A DNA stretch of 64,000 bases from an uncultured delta proteobacterium (GTDB lineage Bacteria > Myxococcota_A > UBA9160 > UBA4427), in contig CAWGJT010000001.1 of NCBI GenBank assembly GCA_963822965.1, positions 1 through 64,000 of the forward strand. Reading direction: 5' to 3'. The position numbers and the translations under genes are program-made. The notes under the pieces were generated by a model that was not told where the DNA came from, did not search any database, and worked only from the letters and a program-made list of their open reading frames with translations. Below, piece by piece: positions 42,139 to 53,217 of the stretch (position 1 is the first letter of the stretch; every line of letters begins with the position of its first letter).

Positions 42139-43269
42139 ATGCGAGCCTCGCGCACCCTCGCCGCGTCCGTCGCGCGCGAGATTCTCCAGTACTCGCTCGT
42201 CGCCTTCTTCGCGACGAGCGTCGTGCTCGTCAGCCAGAACCTGCTGCGCCGGATGGACGAGCTCACCGCCGTGGGCTTCACCCTCGCGGATCTCGGCGTC
42301 ATGCTGCGCTGCCTCCTGCCGATGCTCACCGTGTACACGATCCCGATCGCCGTGCTGCTCGGCAGCGTGCTCGCCATCCGCCGGCAGGTCGCCGACTCGG
42401 AGATCCTCGCCATGCGCGCCTGCGGTCTGGGCGCGACGACGCTGCTGGCGCCATGCCTGGCGATCGGCGCCAGCGTCTCCCTGATCTCCGGATGGCTGCT
42501 GATCGGCGTGGAGCACCAGGCGCGCCGCGACCTCATCACCCTGTTCAACACCGTCGCCACGCGCGGCGAGGTCGTGCAGGCGGGCGAGTTTCGCGGGATC
42601 GACCAGCGCGTCATCTACGTCGCCGAGCGAGGAGACGACGGTCTCCTCGGCGGGATCATGATCTCGGACCGGAGCCAGGATCCCCCCTTCCTGGTGTTCG
42701 CGGAGAGCGGCCGGCTGTCCCTCGACTCGGGCGCGGCACGCATCCACCTGCGCCTGGCGCGGGGAGAGATGCACCTCGAGTCGCGGAGACCTCGAGCCCG
42801 ACCGCTACCGACGCGTGCTCTTCGACCACTTCGACTACTCGTTCGACGTCGGCCGGACTGCTGCCCGGAAGAAGCGCGTCCGGTGCGCCCCAAGCAGATG
42901 AGCCTGGCCGAGCTGCACGAGGTCGCGGCCCGGGGCCGAGCCGGCGACCCGCTCCTCGAGCTGAAGAAGCGGGAGCCGGTCCTCTACGAGCTCGAGATCC
43001 AGCGGCGCTTCGCGCTGCCCGTGGCGCCCCTGCTCTTCGCCCTGGCGGCCGTCCCCCTCGCCCTGATGGGCCGGAGCGGATCGCGGTCCTGGGGGCCCGT
43101 GGCGTGCGTGCTGCTGGCCTTCGCGTACTACGCGGTGCTGACCTTCCTGCAGTTCCTTGCGCGGACGCACTGGATCACCCCGGTCCTGGCCTTCTGGATC
43201 CCGAACGCCCTGCTGCTGCTCCTCTCCGTCGAGGGTCTCCGGCGGAGCCGCCTCGGGTTGGGGCCGTGA
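42139..43269 (+). CDS. LptF/LptG family LPS export permease, with an internal compensated frameshift at about 42790-42870
   Basis: REILQYSLVAF, TIPIAVLLGSVL, DSEILAMRACGLG, EIQRRFALPVAPLLF, AFWIPNAL. Confidence 0.88.
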   Translation: MRASRTLAASVAREILQYSLVAFFATSVVLVSQNLLRRMDELTAVGFTLADLGVMLRCLLPMLTVYTIPIAVLLGSVLAIRRQVADSEILAMRACGLGATTLLAPCLAIGASVSLISGWLLIGVEHQARRDLITLFNTVATRGEVVQAGEFRGIDQRVIYVAERGDDGLLGGIMISDRSQDPPFLVFAESGRLSLDSGAARIHLRLARGEMHLESRRPRARPLPTRALRPLRLLVRRRPDCCPEEARPVRPKQMSLAELHEVAARGRAGDPLLELKKREPVLYELEIQRRFALPVAPLLFALAAVPLALMGRSGSRSWGPVACVLLAFAYYAVLTFLQFLARTHWITPVLAFWIPNALLLLLSVEGLRRSRLGLGP

Positions 43270-44157
43270 GGGAGCCCCCGGGCTTCCGCCGCCGGGGCGG
43301 CGCGGGCGCGCTCGTCCTCGTCGCCGACGCCTTCGCCGACGAGATCGAAGCGCTCTCGCTGACCGAGACCGGGGGCCTGGCGCGCTGGCTCGAGGACGCG
43401 CGGGCCACCGCGGTCGCCGGCGGCCGGGCGCGGGGCTGGCGCGCGACGCTTCCGTCCGGCCGCGTGGTGCATCTGCGGGAGCTCGCGCACGGAGGCTGGC
43501 TTCGCCCCCTGACGGGCCGGCGCTTCCTCGCCCTCGACGCGCGGCAGGCGCGCCCTCGAGGCCGCCGCAAGGCTACGCGCCCGGGGCCTGGACGTGCCCG
43601 AGCCGGTGCTGCTCCGCGCGGTCCGGCACGGCCCGTTCTGGCACATGGAGCTGGCGACCGGCTTCGTGGAGGCCTGCCTTCCGGCCGGGCGCTTCCTGCT
43701 CACCCAGTCCGACCCCCGGCGTACCCTGGCGGCGGCGCGCGCCGCGGGCCGGGCGGTTCGGGCCTTCCACGACGCGGGCGGCTCCCACCCGGACCTGCAC
43801 GTGGACAACCTGCTCGTCCGCGTGACCCACGAGTCCCCGTCGGTGGTGGTGACCGACCTCGAGGGCGTGCGGGTGGGCGGGCCGCTCTCGCCCGCGAGGC
43901 GAGCCCGGGAGCTGCTGCGGCTCCATCGCTCCCTGCGCAAGCGGCGGCTCCGCGACTCCGTTCGTCGGCGACACGCCGCGGCGTTCCTCGCGGGCTACGT
44001 CTCCAGGGACCGGTCTCTGCTCGCGGCCCTGCTGGCACAGCCCTCTCTGCGCGTCCATCTGGCGCGAGCACCGCGAGAGGACCGCTCGTCCCGCGCGTCC
44101 GAGGGGGAAGACGCGCCGAACGACGGAGGCTCGCCCGAGGAGCTCAGGAACGCGTAG
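43266..44157 (+). CDS. Kdo kinase / LPS kinase (KdkA-WaaP family), frameshifted at about 43550
   Basis: AGGRA, LRELAHGGWLRPLTGRRFL, then LDVPEPV...RAVRAFHDAGGSHPDLHVDNLL...TDLE...RLHRSLRK. Confidence 0.78.
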
Positions 44158-45292
44158 CGCCGCCCACGGCCCGGGCCGGGTCGGCCACTTGCGGCCCGCG
44201 CCGCACACCCGTGTCCGAGGATTCGAGCGCGGCCCGGAATCGCAGCAGCTCGAAGACGTTCTCCGACGTCAGGATGCCCAACAGTCCGCGCGAGTCGGCG
44301 ACCGGCAGCATGCGGCATCCCGGCTCCTCCAGCCGCGCCAGCGCGCGCTCCACCGGCTCGTTGGGACCCACCGCCGGGGGGCCCGGCTGCATGGCGCTCG
44401 CCACGCGGCTCCCGGCGCCGCGCTCGGCCAGACCGGAGACGAGCGCCTCGTGGGTCAGGATGCCCTGGAGCGATCCCCCGGCTACCACGGGGAAGTCCCG
44501 TTGAGAGCCCGCCAGCGTGAGCTGCACCGCCCGGGACAGGGGGTCGTCCGGCGCCACGGCCTGGAAGTCGGTGAGCATCGCATGCGCCACGGGAATGCCC
44601 GCCAGCGCGTGTCGCACCTCCACCATGCCCACCTCGGCACCGGCACCGATCCAGACGAAGAGCGCGATGAAGATCAGGAACGGATTGGCAACCAGGCCGA
44701 CGGCCCCGAAGAGGAGCGCGATGGCCTGGCCGAGACCCGCCGCCACCCGGGTGGCGCGCACGTAGGGCAGTCGGATGGCGAGCAGGGCGCGCAGGGCCCG
44801 GCCCCCGTCCATGGGGAAGGCGGGGATCAGGTTGAACGCGAAGAGCAGGACGTTCACCCACATGAGACGCTCGGCGAAGGAGGCTTCGACCAGGGTCGGT
44901 CCAGCCGCCCCGGTGTGGACGCCGAAGAGCGCGAGGCCGCCGAAGAGCAGCGCGGCGAGCACCACGTTGACCGCGGGACCGGCCATGGCCACCAGCCATT
45001 CCTGCTTCGGGTCTTCGGGCATGCGCTCGAGGCGCGCCACGCCGCCGATGGGGAGCAGGGTGATGTCGCGGGTGCGAATCCCGAAGCGCCGCGCCGTGAG
45101 CGCGTGTCCCAGCTCGTGCAGGACGATGCAGCCGAAGAGCGCCAGCACGAAGGCGATCTCGGCGGCGAAGGCAGCCGGGCTCTTCTGCTGGCTCCAGGCA
45201 CGCAGGGCGAGCCAGAGGATCAGGATGGCGAAGGTGGCGTGCACCTGGACCTCGATCCCGGCGACGCGACCGATCTTCCACGCCCACTTCAT
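44144..45292 (-). CDS. Site-2 protease (M50) with CBS pair
   Basis: VLHELGHAL, AMAGPAVN, FNLIPAFPMDGGR, C-terminal CBS-like repeats; start MKWAWKIG. Confidence 0.93.
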   Translation of the reverse strand: MKWAWKIGRVAGIEVQVHATFAILILWLALRAWSQQKSPAAFAAEIAFVLALFGCIVLHELGHALTARRFGIRTRDITLLPIGGVARLERMPEDPKQEWLVAMAGPAVNVVLAALLFGGLALFGVHTGAAGPTLVEASFAERLMWVNVLLFAFNLIPAFPMDGGRALRALLAIRLPYVRATRVAAGLGQAIALLFGAVGLVANPFLIFIALFVWIGAGAEVGMVEVRHALAGIPVAHAMLTDFQAVAPDDPLSRAVQLTLAGSQRDFPVVAGGSLQGILTHEALVSGLAERGAGSRVASAMQPGPPAVGPNEPVERALARLEEPGCRMLPVADSRGLLGILTSENVFELLRFRAALESSDTGVRRGPQVADPARAVGGATRS

Positions 45293-45542
45293 GGGAGCAC
45301 CTCGATGGCAGCCGCGGCTGCACCCGGTCGGATGGTACGCGGCCCGCGACCGGTCGGTCCTGCTCGCGCCGTCGCCACCGTGCATTGCACCGTGGAATGC
45401 GGAACTCTACCGGGGTTCGATTCCGGGATCACTGGGGCGGGCCGACCCCCATGCGGGGCGATCGGCCCCGAGCGCGCAGCGCGGAGGCGGCAAGGAGACC
45501 GCGCGGTGCCCCTGGCCTCGAGCCTGGAAGCGCGACGAGAAA

Positions 45543-45558
45543 CGGCACGCGGCTTGCG
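45543..45558 (+). promoter_or_regulatory. sigma54-type -24/-12 promoter candidate
   Basis: CGGCACG-CGGC-TTGCG has exact GG-N10-GC spacing and is near consensus TGGCACG-N4-TTGC. Confidence 0.55.
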
Positions 45559-45637
45559 TTCCGCAGCTGGAAAAGGGGGGGTGTTCCGTGCATCTGGACG
45601 ACGAGAGGGACGAGACCTGCCTTGCGGCGGTGACCCC

Positions 45638-46904
45638 GTGACGCGTGGCGGCACGCGCGCAGGCGGCAGAGGAACGGGAGCCCGAGGTTGGCCGGCGGCC
45701 GCGGTGCTGCTCGCTTCACTCGTGTCGGTCGCGGCGGGACCCGTCGGGGCCACGGCCGAGAAGGCTTCCGGCGCGAAGGCGCCGGCCGAGAAGCCTTCCG
45801 CAGCCACGGCACCCGCGGAGGAGCAGCCGCGGGCCACGATGGATCGGGTCTTCGCGGCGCTCCGGGTGCTGCTGCCCCTCAGCCTCGACCCCAAGCGCTT
45901 CTCGAGCAAGGAAGAGCAGGCCGTCATCGCCGCGCAGATCGAGGCCCTGGCCGGAGCGGCCCACGCCCTCGAGAGCCACGGCGCGAACCGCGACCGCGGC
46001 TTCCGCTTCCTCAGCGGATCGCTGGCTTCGGACGTCGAGGAGATCCGGCAGCGCTACCGCTTCGGACGCCTGGAGGAGGCGCGCTTCTTCGTCCTCGAAG
46101 CCACACGAAACTGCGTCGCCTGCCACTCGCGCCTGCCCAGCGCGAAGGACTTCCCGTTGGGGTCGAAGCTGCTCGAGAACATCGACATGGAGTCGCTGTC
46201 GAGCCACGAGCGGAGCCAGCTCTACGTCGCGACGAGACAGTTCGACAAGGCGTTCGAGAGCTGGGAGAGCCTGTTCGCCGACGATTCGATCGTGTCGGCG
46301 TCGCAGCTCGACGTCGGCGGCTACCTCAACGACTACCTCGCGATCGCCATCCGCGTGAAGGGCGACTACGGCCGGGCCCGCCGGGCCATCGAGGTGGTCC
46401 GGGCGCGCAAGGACGTGCCGGACTATCTGAAGCCCCAGCTCGACGCGCTGGGTGCGGGATCTCGCCCGCTTCGAGCGCAAGCCCCCGGGTGGAAGGACCT
46501 GACCACCGCCCGGGAGCTGGCGGATCAGAAGTCCGACGGGCGACGTGGAGGGCGACGCCCTCTCCGCCACGATCACCGACCTGGTGGCGTCCTCGCTGCT
46601 GCTCCGCTTCATCGACGAGATGGGTGGCGCGCCCGGCCACGATGCCCAGCTCGCGGAGGCCTACTACTGGCTCGGCAAGGTGGAGTCGCGCAGCGCCGAC
46701 TCCTTCTGGGTTCCCCAGGCCCCGTTCCACCTGGAGATCGCGATCCGGCTGGACCCGAAGGGCCCCCATGCCGAGGAGGCGCTTCGCCTGCTCGAGGAGC
46801 AGATGGCCTTCGGCTACGGCGGGATCGAGTCCGACGTGCTGCCGGTCGACCTGTGGACCAACCTCGAGGAGCTGCGGGCGCTGGTCGAGACCGGCGGCTC
46901 CTGA
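45638..46904 (+). CDS. Secreted monoheme cytochrome c-type protein with TPR-like C-terminus, frameshifted at about 46450-46550
   Basis: Signal-like [21 protein letters not shown]; helical domain ending RNCVACHSR (46112-46126); C-terminal [12 protein letters not shown]...[22 protein letters not shown]. Confidence 0.7.
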
Positions 46905-46927
46905 AGCGGGCCGGACGGAGGCCCGTT

Positions 46928-48019
46928 TCAGGCGAGCCGCGCCTCGAGCCAGTCCAGCAGCGCGTGCTCGGCCTCGACCACGAGGTCGATGCCGAGCACG
47001 CGCAGGTCGATGCGCCGCGTCCAGCCGGGCCGGATCTTGACGGCGTCCTTCTCGCGTGGTGACCCAGACCGCCGCCTCGCGATGCAGATCGCGCAGGTCG
47101 CGCGCCCGATAGCGGTGGTGGTCGGCGAAGGTGCGCCGGGCGACCACCGTGGCGCCCTGCTCCTCCAGGCTGCGGCGGAAGGCCTCGGGTCGGGCCGAGG
47201 CCGGCCAGCATGCCGACGCGCATGCCCGCGAGCGCGCTGGCGGGCTCGCTGCGCGCCGGGGCTCCCGCGTGCGGCCGCCACGGACCGATCGCAGCCGCCA
47301 GGGGCCGGCGGCGCGCGGCGAAGCGGAAGGGTTGGATGGCGTGGCGCTCGAGCAGCGCGAGGTCGCGCTCGCGCAGGGGTCCGTCCACGACGGCCACGGC
47401 GTGCGCCCGGGCCAGGGCCGCCGGCGAGCCTCGCGCAGCGGACCCCGGGGCAGCACGCGAGCGTTTCCGAACCCGAACTCCCCGTCGAAGGTCACGATGT
47501 CGACGTCCCGGGCCAGCCGATGGTGCTGGAAGCCGTCGTCGAGCACGAGCACCTCGGCGCCGAATGCGGAGACCGCGCGCAGTCCCGACGACCCCGCGAT
47601 CGCGTCCCACCAGCACCGGGACGCCGGGTGCGTGGGCCGCCAGCACCAGCGCCTCGTCCCCCATTCCCAGCACGTCCCCGGTGACCCGCCGTCCGTCCGA
47701 GAGCACGTGGACCGCATCCCGGCGGATGCGCCGGTAGCCCCGCGTCGCCAACACCACGCGATGTCCCCGCGCGTGCAGGCGAGCCGCCAGCCAGGCCGCC
47801 AGGGGCGTCTTGCCGGCCCCGCCCACGACGAGGCTTCCCACGGAGACGACGCGGCAGGGCAGACGGCGCGGGTGGATCCAGCCGCCGGCGTAGATCCCCC
47901 GGTGCAGACGCGCGGCGAGCGCGTAGCCGTGGGAGGCGAGGCCGAGGGGCAGGAGCAGCGCCCGCTGCAGGGCGCTTCCGTCACTCGGGGTCGCAGGCCG
48001 CGAGCCAGGGTGCCTCCAC
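46928..48019 (-). CDS. lpxK: Tetraacyldisaccharide 4'-kinase, multiple frameshifts
   Basis: [58 protein letters not shown]. Confidence 0.92.
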
Positions 48020-48022
48020 CGG

Positions 48023-49328
48023 TCAGGCGCCCGGATCCCCGGAGCCCGGGCGTCCCGCCGGCAGGGCCGTCCGTCCGCGCCGGTCGAGCACGGCGTCGAT
48101 CAGCTGGGCGGTGCGACGTGCGGTGCCGCGGTGCGCGGCGAGCGCCTGCTGCCCCTGGGTGACGCGTGCGCGCCGGCTCTCCGGATCGCGCAGGGCCCCG
48201 ACGATCGCCGACGGCGAGGCCTTCCGCGTCGGCCACGCGCACGCCCGCGCCGCTGCTCTCCGCGAGCTCCGCGTGGACGCGCACGTTGTGGACGTGGGGA
48301 CCGAACACGACCGGGCAGCCCGCGAAGATCGGCTCGATCAGGTTGTGCCCGCCCACCGCGCCCAGGCTACCGCCCACGAACGCCACGGACGCCGTGGCGT
48401 AGACCGCCGAGAGCTCGCCCAGGGTGTCCAGCAGCAGGATCTCCCCGCTCTCGAGGGGCGGTCCCTCGAGCCGACTGCGACGTCGCACGCGGCGGCCGGC
48501 GGCGCGAAACTCCCGCTCGAGCTGGTCGGCCCGTTGCAGGTGCCGCGGTGCGATCACGAGGCTGGCGGCCAGACCCGCCTGCTCGCACGCAGACAGCGCG
48601 GCGACCGCGGGCTCCTCCTCGCCCGGGTGGGTGCTGCCGGCGACGATCACCGGCACCTCGGAGAGGGCGCGCACGAGATCGGTGGCCAGGCTGGCGACGC
48701 CCTCGGGCGGCTCCAGCTTGAGGTCGCCCGTCACCGAGACCCGCTCCTCGGCCACGCCGAGCTCGACGAAGCGCGCGGCGTCCAGGTCGCTGCGCGCGCC
48801 CACGGCGTCGAGGCGCCGCAGGGTGGGCGCCAGCAGCCGCTGCAGCCGCCGGTAGCGGGGAAACGAGCGGTCCGAGAGCCGCCCCGAGACGATCACCACC
48901 GGGATGCCCCGGCGGCGGGCGGCGGCGATCCACGAGGGCCAGAGCTCCGTCTCGACCAGCGCCAGCAGCTCGGGCTCGACCCGCGACGAGGGCCGATTCG
49001 ACGCACCAGGGATGGTCGAGCGGGCGCCAGCGACGACGGCAGCTCGGGCATCGCGGCGCGCATCATCTGGCGACCCGTCGGCGTGGACGCCGAGGCGAAG
49101 ACCGTGCGTCCCGACGCGCGCAGGGAATCGACCAGGCGCAGTGCGGCCAGCGCCTCGCCGACGCTGGAGCCGTGGACCCAGACGCGTCCCGGGCTGGGCG
49201 GGCGGCAGCAGCCCCAGGCGCTGGCGCAGGCCGACTCGCAGGTCGCGACGCAGCGCCATCGCCCCCAGCAGCAGCGGCGCCGCCGTCACCGCGGACAGGG
49301 CCGCCAGGCTATGTGCGAGCGCTCGCAA
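48023..49328 (-). CDS. waaA: 3-deoxy-D-manno-octulosonic acid transferase, frameshifted
   Basis: [60 protein letters not shown]. Confidence 0.93.
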
Positions 49329-50501
49329 TCATCTCCTCCGCGATGCGGCAGGCCCGGTCGACCGCGCCAGCCGGGCCCAGGGCCGCGCGCACCTCGGCCA
49401 GGCGCGCCAGCTGGGTCTCCCGAGCGGGACCCTCCAGCAGCGACGTCGACGGCCGCGGCGAGCCGGGAGGGTACGGCATCGCCCTGGAGAAACTCGGGCA
49501 CCACGGCCTCGCCGGCAATCAGGTTGGGCATGGTGAGCGAGGAGACCCGGAGCGCACGCCGCAGGATCCAGGCCGTGAGCGCGTTGGCCCGGCCCATCAC
49601 GACCATCGGCCGGCCCAGCAGGGCACACTCGAGGGTGACGGTGCCCGGCTTCGCGAGCACCACGTCCGCGGCGACGATCGTCTCCCTCGCGCCGCCCTCG
49701 CAGAGTCGCAGGGGCAGTCCCTCCGCCACCCGGCGCGCGCAGGTCGCGTGCAGACGATCCGTCGCCCTCGCGGCGTCGTCCCCCGCGGCCAGGGAGGGCG
49801 CGACCCCCAGCAGGAAGCGCATCCCCGGGTCCGCCCGCGCCAGCAGCACGTGCCGTCTCGAGCTGGACGTCCAGGTGGGCCGCGATCTCGTTGCGCCGGC
49901 TGCCCGGGCAGCAGGGCCACCACCGGGGCGTCCGGATCGATGCCCAGCGCCCGGCGCGCCGCGTCCCGCTCGGCCGGCCCCGCCGGCGCCGGCAGCGCGT
50001 CGACGAGCGGATGGCCGACGAAGTCGACCGGTCACGCCGCTGCCGCGATAGACGTCGGGCTCGAAGGGGAAGAGCACCGCCAGGCGGTCGACGCGCGCTG
50101 CGATCTTGCGGATGCGCCCCGGGACGCCAGGCCCACACCTGGGGCGCCACGTAGTACAGGACGGGCGCTCCCAGGCGCCGCCGGACCCGGCGTGCCAGCG
50201 GCAGGTTGAAGCCCGCCGAGTCGACCAGCACCACCAGGTCCGGGCGCTCGCGCTCCAGCGCGCGGGCGACCGCGCGCCAGGCCCGGGCCAGCCGGCGCGG
50301 CGCTGCCCAGCAGCTCGAGCAAGCCGCCCACGGCCAGGTCGCGCTGGTCGGCCACCAGCTCCACGCCGGCGGCCTCGCATGGCCGGACCGCCGAGGCCGA
50401 CGAATCGGGTGCCGGGATTCCGTCGCCGGTAGGTGGTCGGCGAAGTCCGCGGCGTGGAGGTCGCCGGAGGCGTCTCCGGCCGACACCAGCAGCGTGGCCA
50501 C
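49309..50501 (-). CDS. lpxB: Lipid-A-disaccharide synthase, multiple frameshifts
   Basis: [65 protein letters not shown]. Confidence 0.92.
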
Positions 50502-50508
50502 GGCTCCA

Positions 50509-51497
50509 TCACAGCTCTTGGAAGGGAAGCATCGCGTCGACCACCCGCACCGCGGTGCGCAGGGCGTCGAGCCCGCCCACTCCGTCGACCTTCGGTCGCT
50601 CGCGGGTGCGGACCGCCCGGATGAAGGCGCGCAGCTGGGACAGCAGCGCGTCGGCCGCGGTTCACGGTCAGCTCCTCCATGAGGATCTGCGGCGGCTCGC
50701 CGTCCGGCTGGTGTCGGCGGAACACGGTCGCCGACTGCGCGAGGAAGTCGATGGCCACACAGCCGTCGCGCTGGAAGAAGCGCAGCTTGCGCTGCGGGGC
50801 GTTCGAGATCCGGCTGGCGGTGAGGTTCGCCACGCAGCCGCTCGGGAACGTCAATCGGGCGTTGGCGATGTCGATGTTCCGCGTGAGCACGGGGATGCCC
50901 ACCGCCTCGATGCGCTCGGGCTGCTCGCCCAGGATCTGCTGCAGGATGTCGAGGTCGTGGATCATCAGGTCGCGCACCACGTCGATGTCCGTCGCGCGGT
51001 CCGAGAAGGGGCCCATGCGGTGGGCCTCGACGAAGCGCGGCTTGCGGATGCGCCCGCCGATGCACTCGAGCGCGGAGTTGAACCACTCGAGATGCCCCAC
51101 CTGCAGCACGCGCCCGCCGGCGTCGGCGAGGGCCAGCAGCTTCTCGGCCTCGCGCAGGTTGGCGGCGATCGGCTTCTCGACGAGCACGTCGAGGCCCGCC
51201 TCGAGCGCCTCGCTGACCACCGCGTAGTGGCTCTCGGTGGGCACGGCGACGATCACCGCGCCCGGCGCGCGGCCGCGGGAAGGGAGCGTCCGGGTCCCCG
51301 CCCGACCAGAGGGACCGCAGCTCGGTGTGGGCGGTGGAGCCGACCTTCGAGGCGAGCTCCTCCGCGCGGCCGCGGTCGAGGTCCACGATCCCGGCGACCT
51401 CGACCCCGGCCCCGTCGTCGCGCAGGGCAGCGACCTTCTCCGCGTGCAGCCGGCCCATGTGTCCGGCGCCGACCACTCCGATCCGGAGCTGTCTCAA
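50509..51497 (-). CDS. Gfo/Idh/MocA oxidoreductase, GnnA-like (UDP-GlcNAc 3-dehydrogenase candidate), frameshifted
   Basis: GVVGAGHMG, AVPTESH, VLVEKPI, QVGHLEWFN, DVVRDLMIHDLD; located between lpxI and lpxB. Confidence 0.8.
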
Positions 51498-52430
51498 TCC
51501 GCTTCTCCGTCGACTTCACGGGGGACCGCCCAGCCGGCCCCGAGCGTGCCCTGCGCTGCGCCCTGCCCGTCTGCCCTCCCCGGCCGGGGACCCGCTTCCG
51601 GGATTCCGACCAGGGCGATGCCCACCTGGTTCGCGTGCCTTACGAGCGCCTCTGCGATCGAGGACCAGGGTTCGACGGGCCTCGACCGCCAGAACCTGCG
51701 CACCGGCCTCGGCGGCAGCTGCCAGGGTCGCCGGGCCGATGGTCGGAAGATCGAAACGCGGGTCCTGCTCGGGTCGTGCGACCTTGACGATACAGAGCCC
51801 GGGCCGTCCGAGCCGCCCGCCCCTTCGAATCGTTTCGTCCGTCCCCTCGATCGACTCGACCGCCAGCACGGTCCGGTCCTGGACGACGACGGTCTGGCCG
51901 ATGTCCCAGGCAGCCAGGGCGCGCGCGATGGGCCAGCCGAAGGACAGATCGCCCCACTGACTCGGGGTGGGATGCACCCGCCCGAGGACGCCTTCCGGCG
52001 CCAGCAGCTCGGGGACCCACTCGGCCTGGGGCCGCAGCGCGGAACCCCTCCGCCTCGAGGGCGCCCGCGAGCGCCCCCAGCACGCTGGCGTCGCGCAGGT
52101 CGGGGAGGCCCGCCAGAAGATCTCGCGCGCCCGCGCGTCGAGCTCCAGGCGCCCGGAGAGCAGCTGCTGCTTGGAACCTTGCCGGCCATCACCGCGTCGC
52201 GTACGCCGGCACGGTGCAGGAAGGCGAGCGCGGCGCCGACCTGCCCCGGGCCCAGCCACTCGACGTGCGCCACCCCGTCCGCGAGCGCCGGATCGGTGAT
52301 CCCGGGAAACGCCACCGCCACCAGCTCCCGGCCCGGCCGCCCGGGCGCAGCGGGCGATGTGGACGGGAAGCGCCCCGTCGCCGGCGATCAGCCCGAGGGG
52401 CTGCGCGGGGCTCGCAGCACGCGTCCCCAT
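51494..52430 (-). CDS. lpxI: UDP-2,3-diacylglucosamine diphosphatase LpxI, frameshifted
   Basis: LGLIAGDGALP, DIGQTVVV, AVESIEGTD, KVARPEQDPRFDLPTIG. Confidence 0.92.
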
Positions 52431-52434
52431 CGAC

Positions 52435-53217
52435 CTAGCGGCAGAAGCCGCGTTCGGAGCTCTCGAGGAAGCAGACGAGGCGCACCACCTCGGGCGAGCT
52501 TCCCAGCTCCTCACGCACGCGCCGCAGCGCGGCGTCGAGCCGCAGCTTGGAGTGGAAGACGATGTGGAAGGCGTGCTTGACGCTGCGCACGGCTTCCTCG
52601 GAGAAGTTGCGACGCTTGAGCCCGACGTGGTTCACCCCGACGAGGCGGGCGCGATCGCCGGCCACCATCGAGAAGGGCGGAGCGTCCTGGGAGAGCTTCG
52701 CGTTGGAGGCCGCCATCACCGACTCCCCCACCCGGGCGTGCTGGTGGACGCCGGTGTAGGCGCCGAGGACCGCGTGATCCTCGACCCGCACGTGACCGGC
52801 GAGGCCGCAGAAGCTCGCGACGATGCAGTGCGAGCCGATCTGGCAGTCGTGGCCCGATGTGGGCCGTGTTCATGATGAAGTTGTCGTCGCCGATGCGCGT
52901 GCAGCCGCCGCCGTCCGGCGAGCCGGTGTGGATCGTGGCGTGCTCGCGGATCACGTTGTCGCAGCCGATCTCGAGCCGGGTCGCGCCTCCCGACAGACCC
53001 TTGATCTGGGGCTCGCCGCCGAGGCAGGCGTACGGGAAAGATCGCGGGTCCGGGCGCCGATCCGCGTGTGGCCGACCACCGTGGCGTGCGCGTCGATCCG
53101 CACGCCGGCGCCCAGCTCCACGTGCGGCCCGACGACCGCCAGGGGCCCGATCTCCACGTCGTCGGCGAGGACGGCACCCGCTTCGACGATCGCCGTCGGA
53201 TGGATGCGGGGGGGCAT
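52435..53217 (-). CDS. lpxA: Acyl-ACP--UDP-N-acetylglucosamine O-acyltransferase, frameshifted
   Basis: IHPTAIVE, hexapeptide repeats, IREHATIH, AHIG-HDC, GHV, VHQ, QDAPPF, GVNHVGLKRR. Confidence 0.93.

Noticed and set aside
39751..42774. Apparent 1007-aa extended waaF
   Set aside because: The upstream part is antisense to lptF/G and a shadow frame of the other GT9; waaF starts at 40839.
40827..44504. 1225-aa plus-strand ORF and similar long Arg/Ala/Pro-rich ORFs across the window
   Set aside because: Stop-poor alternative frames expected at this GC content; only 43266-43550 is real (kinase N-terminus).
45410..45428. tRNA T-loop-like GGTTCGATTCC
   Set aside because: The T-stem does not extend and there is no acceptor, D or anticodon arm.
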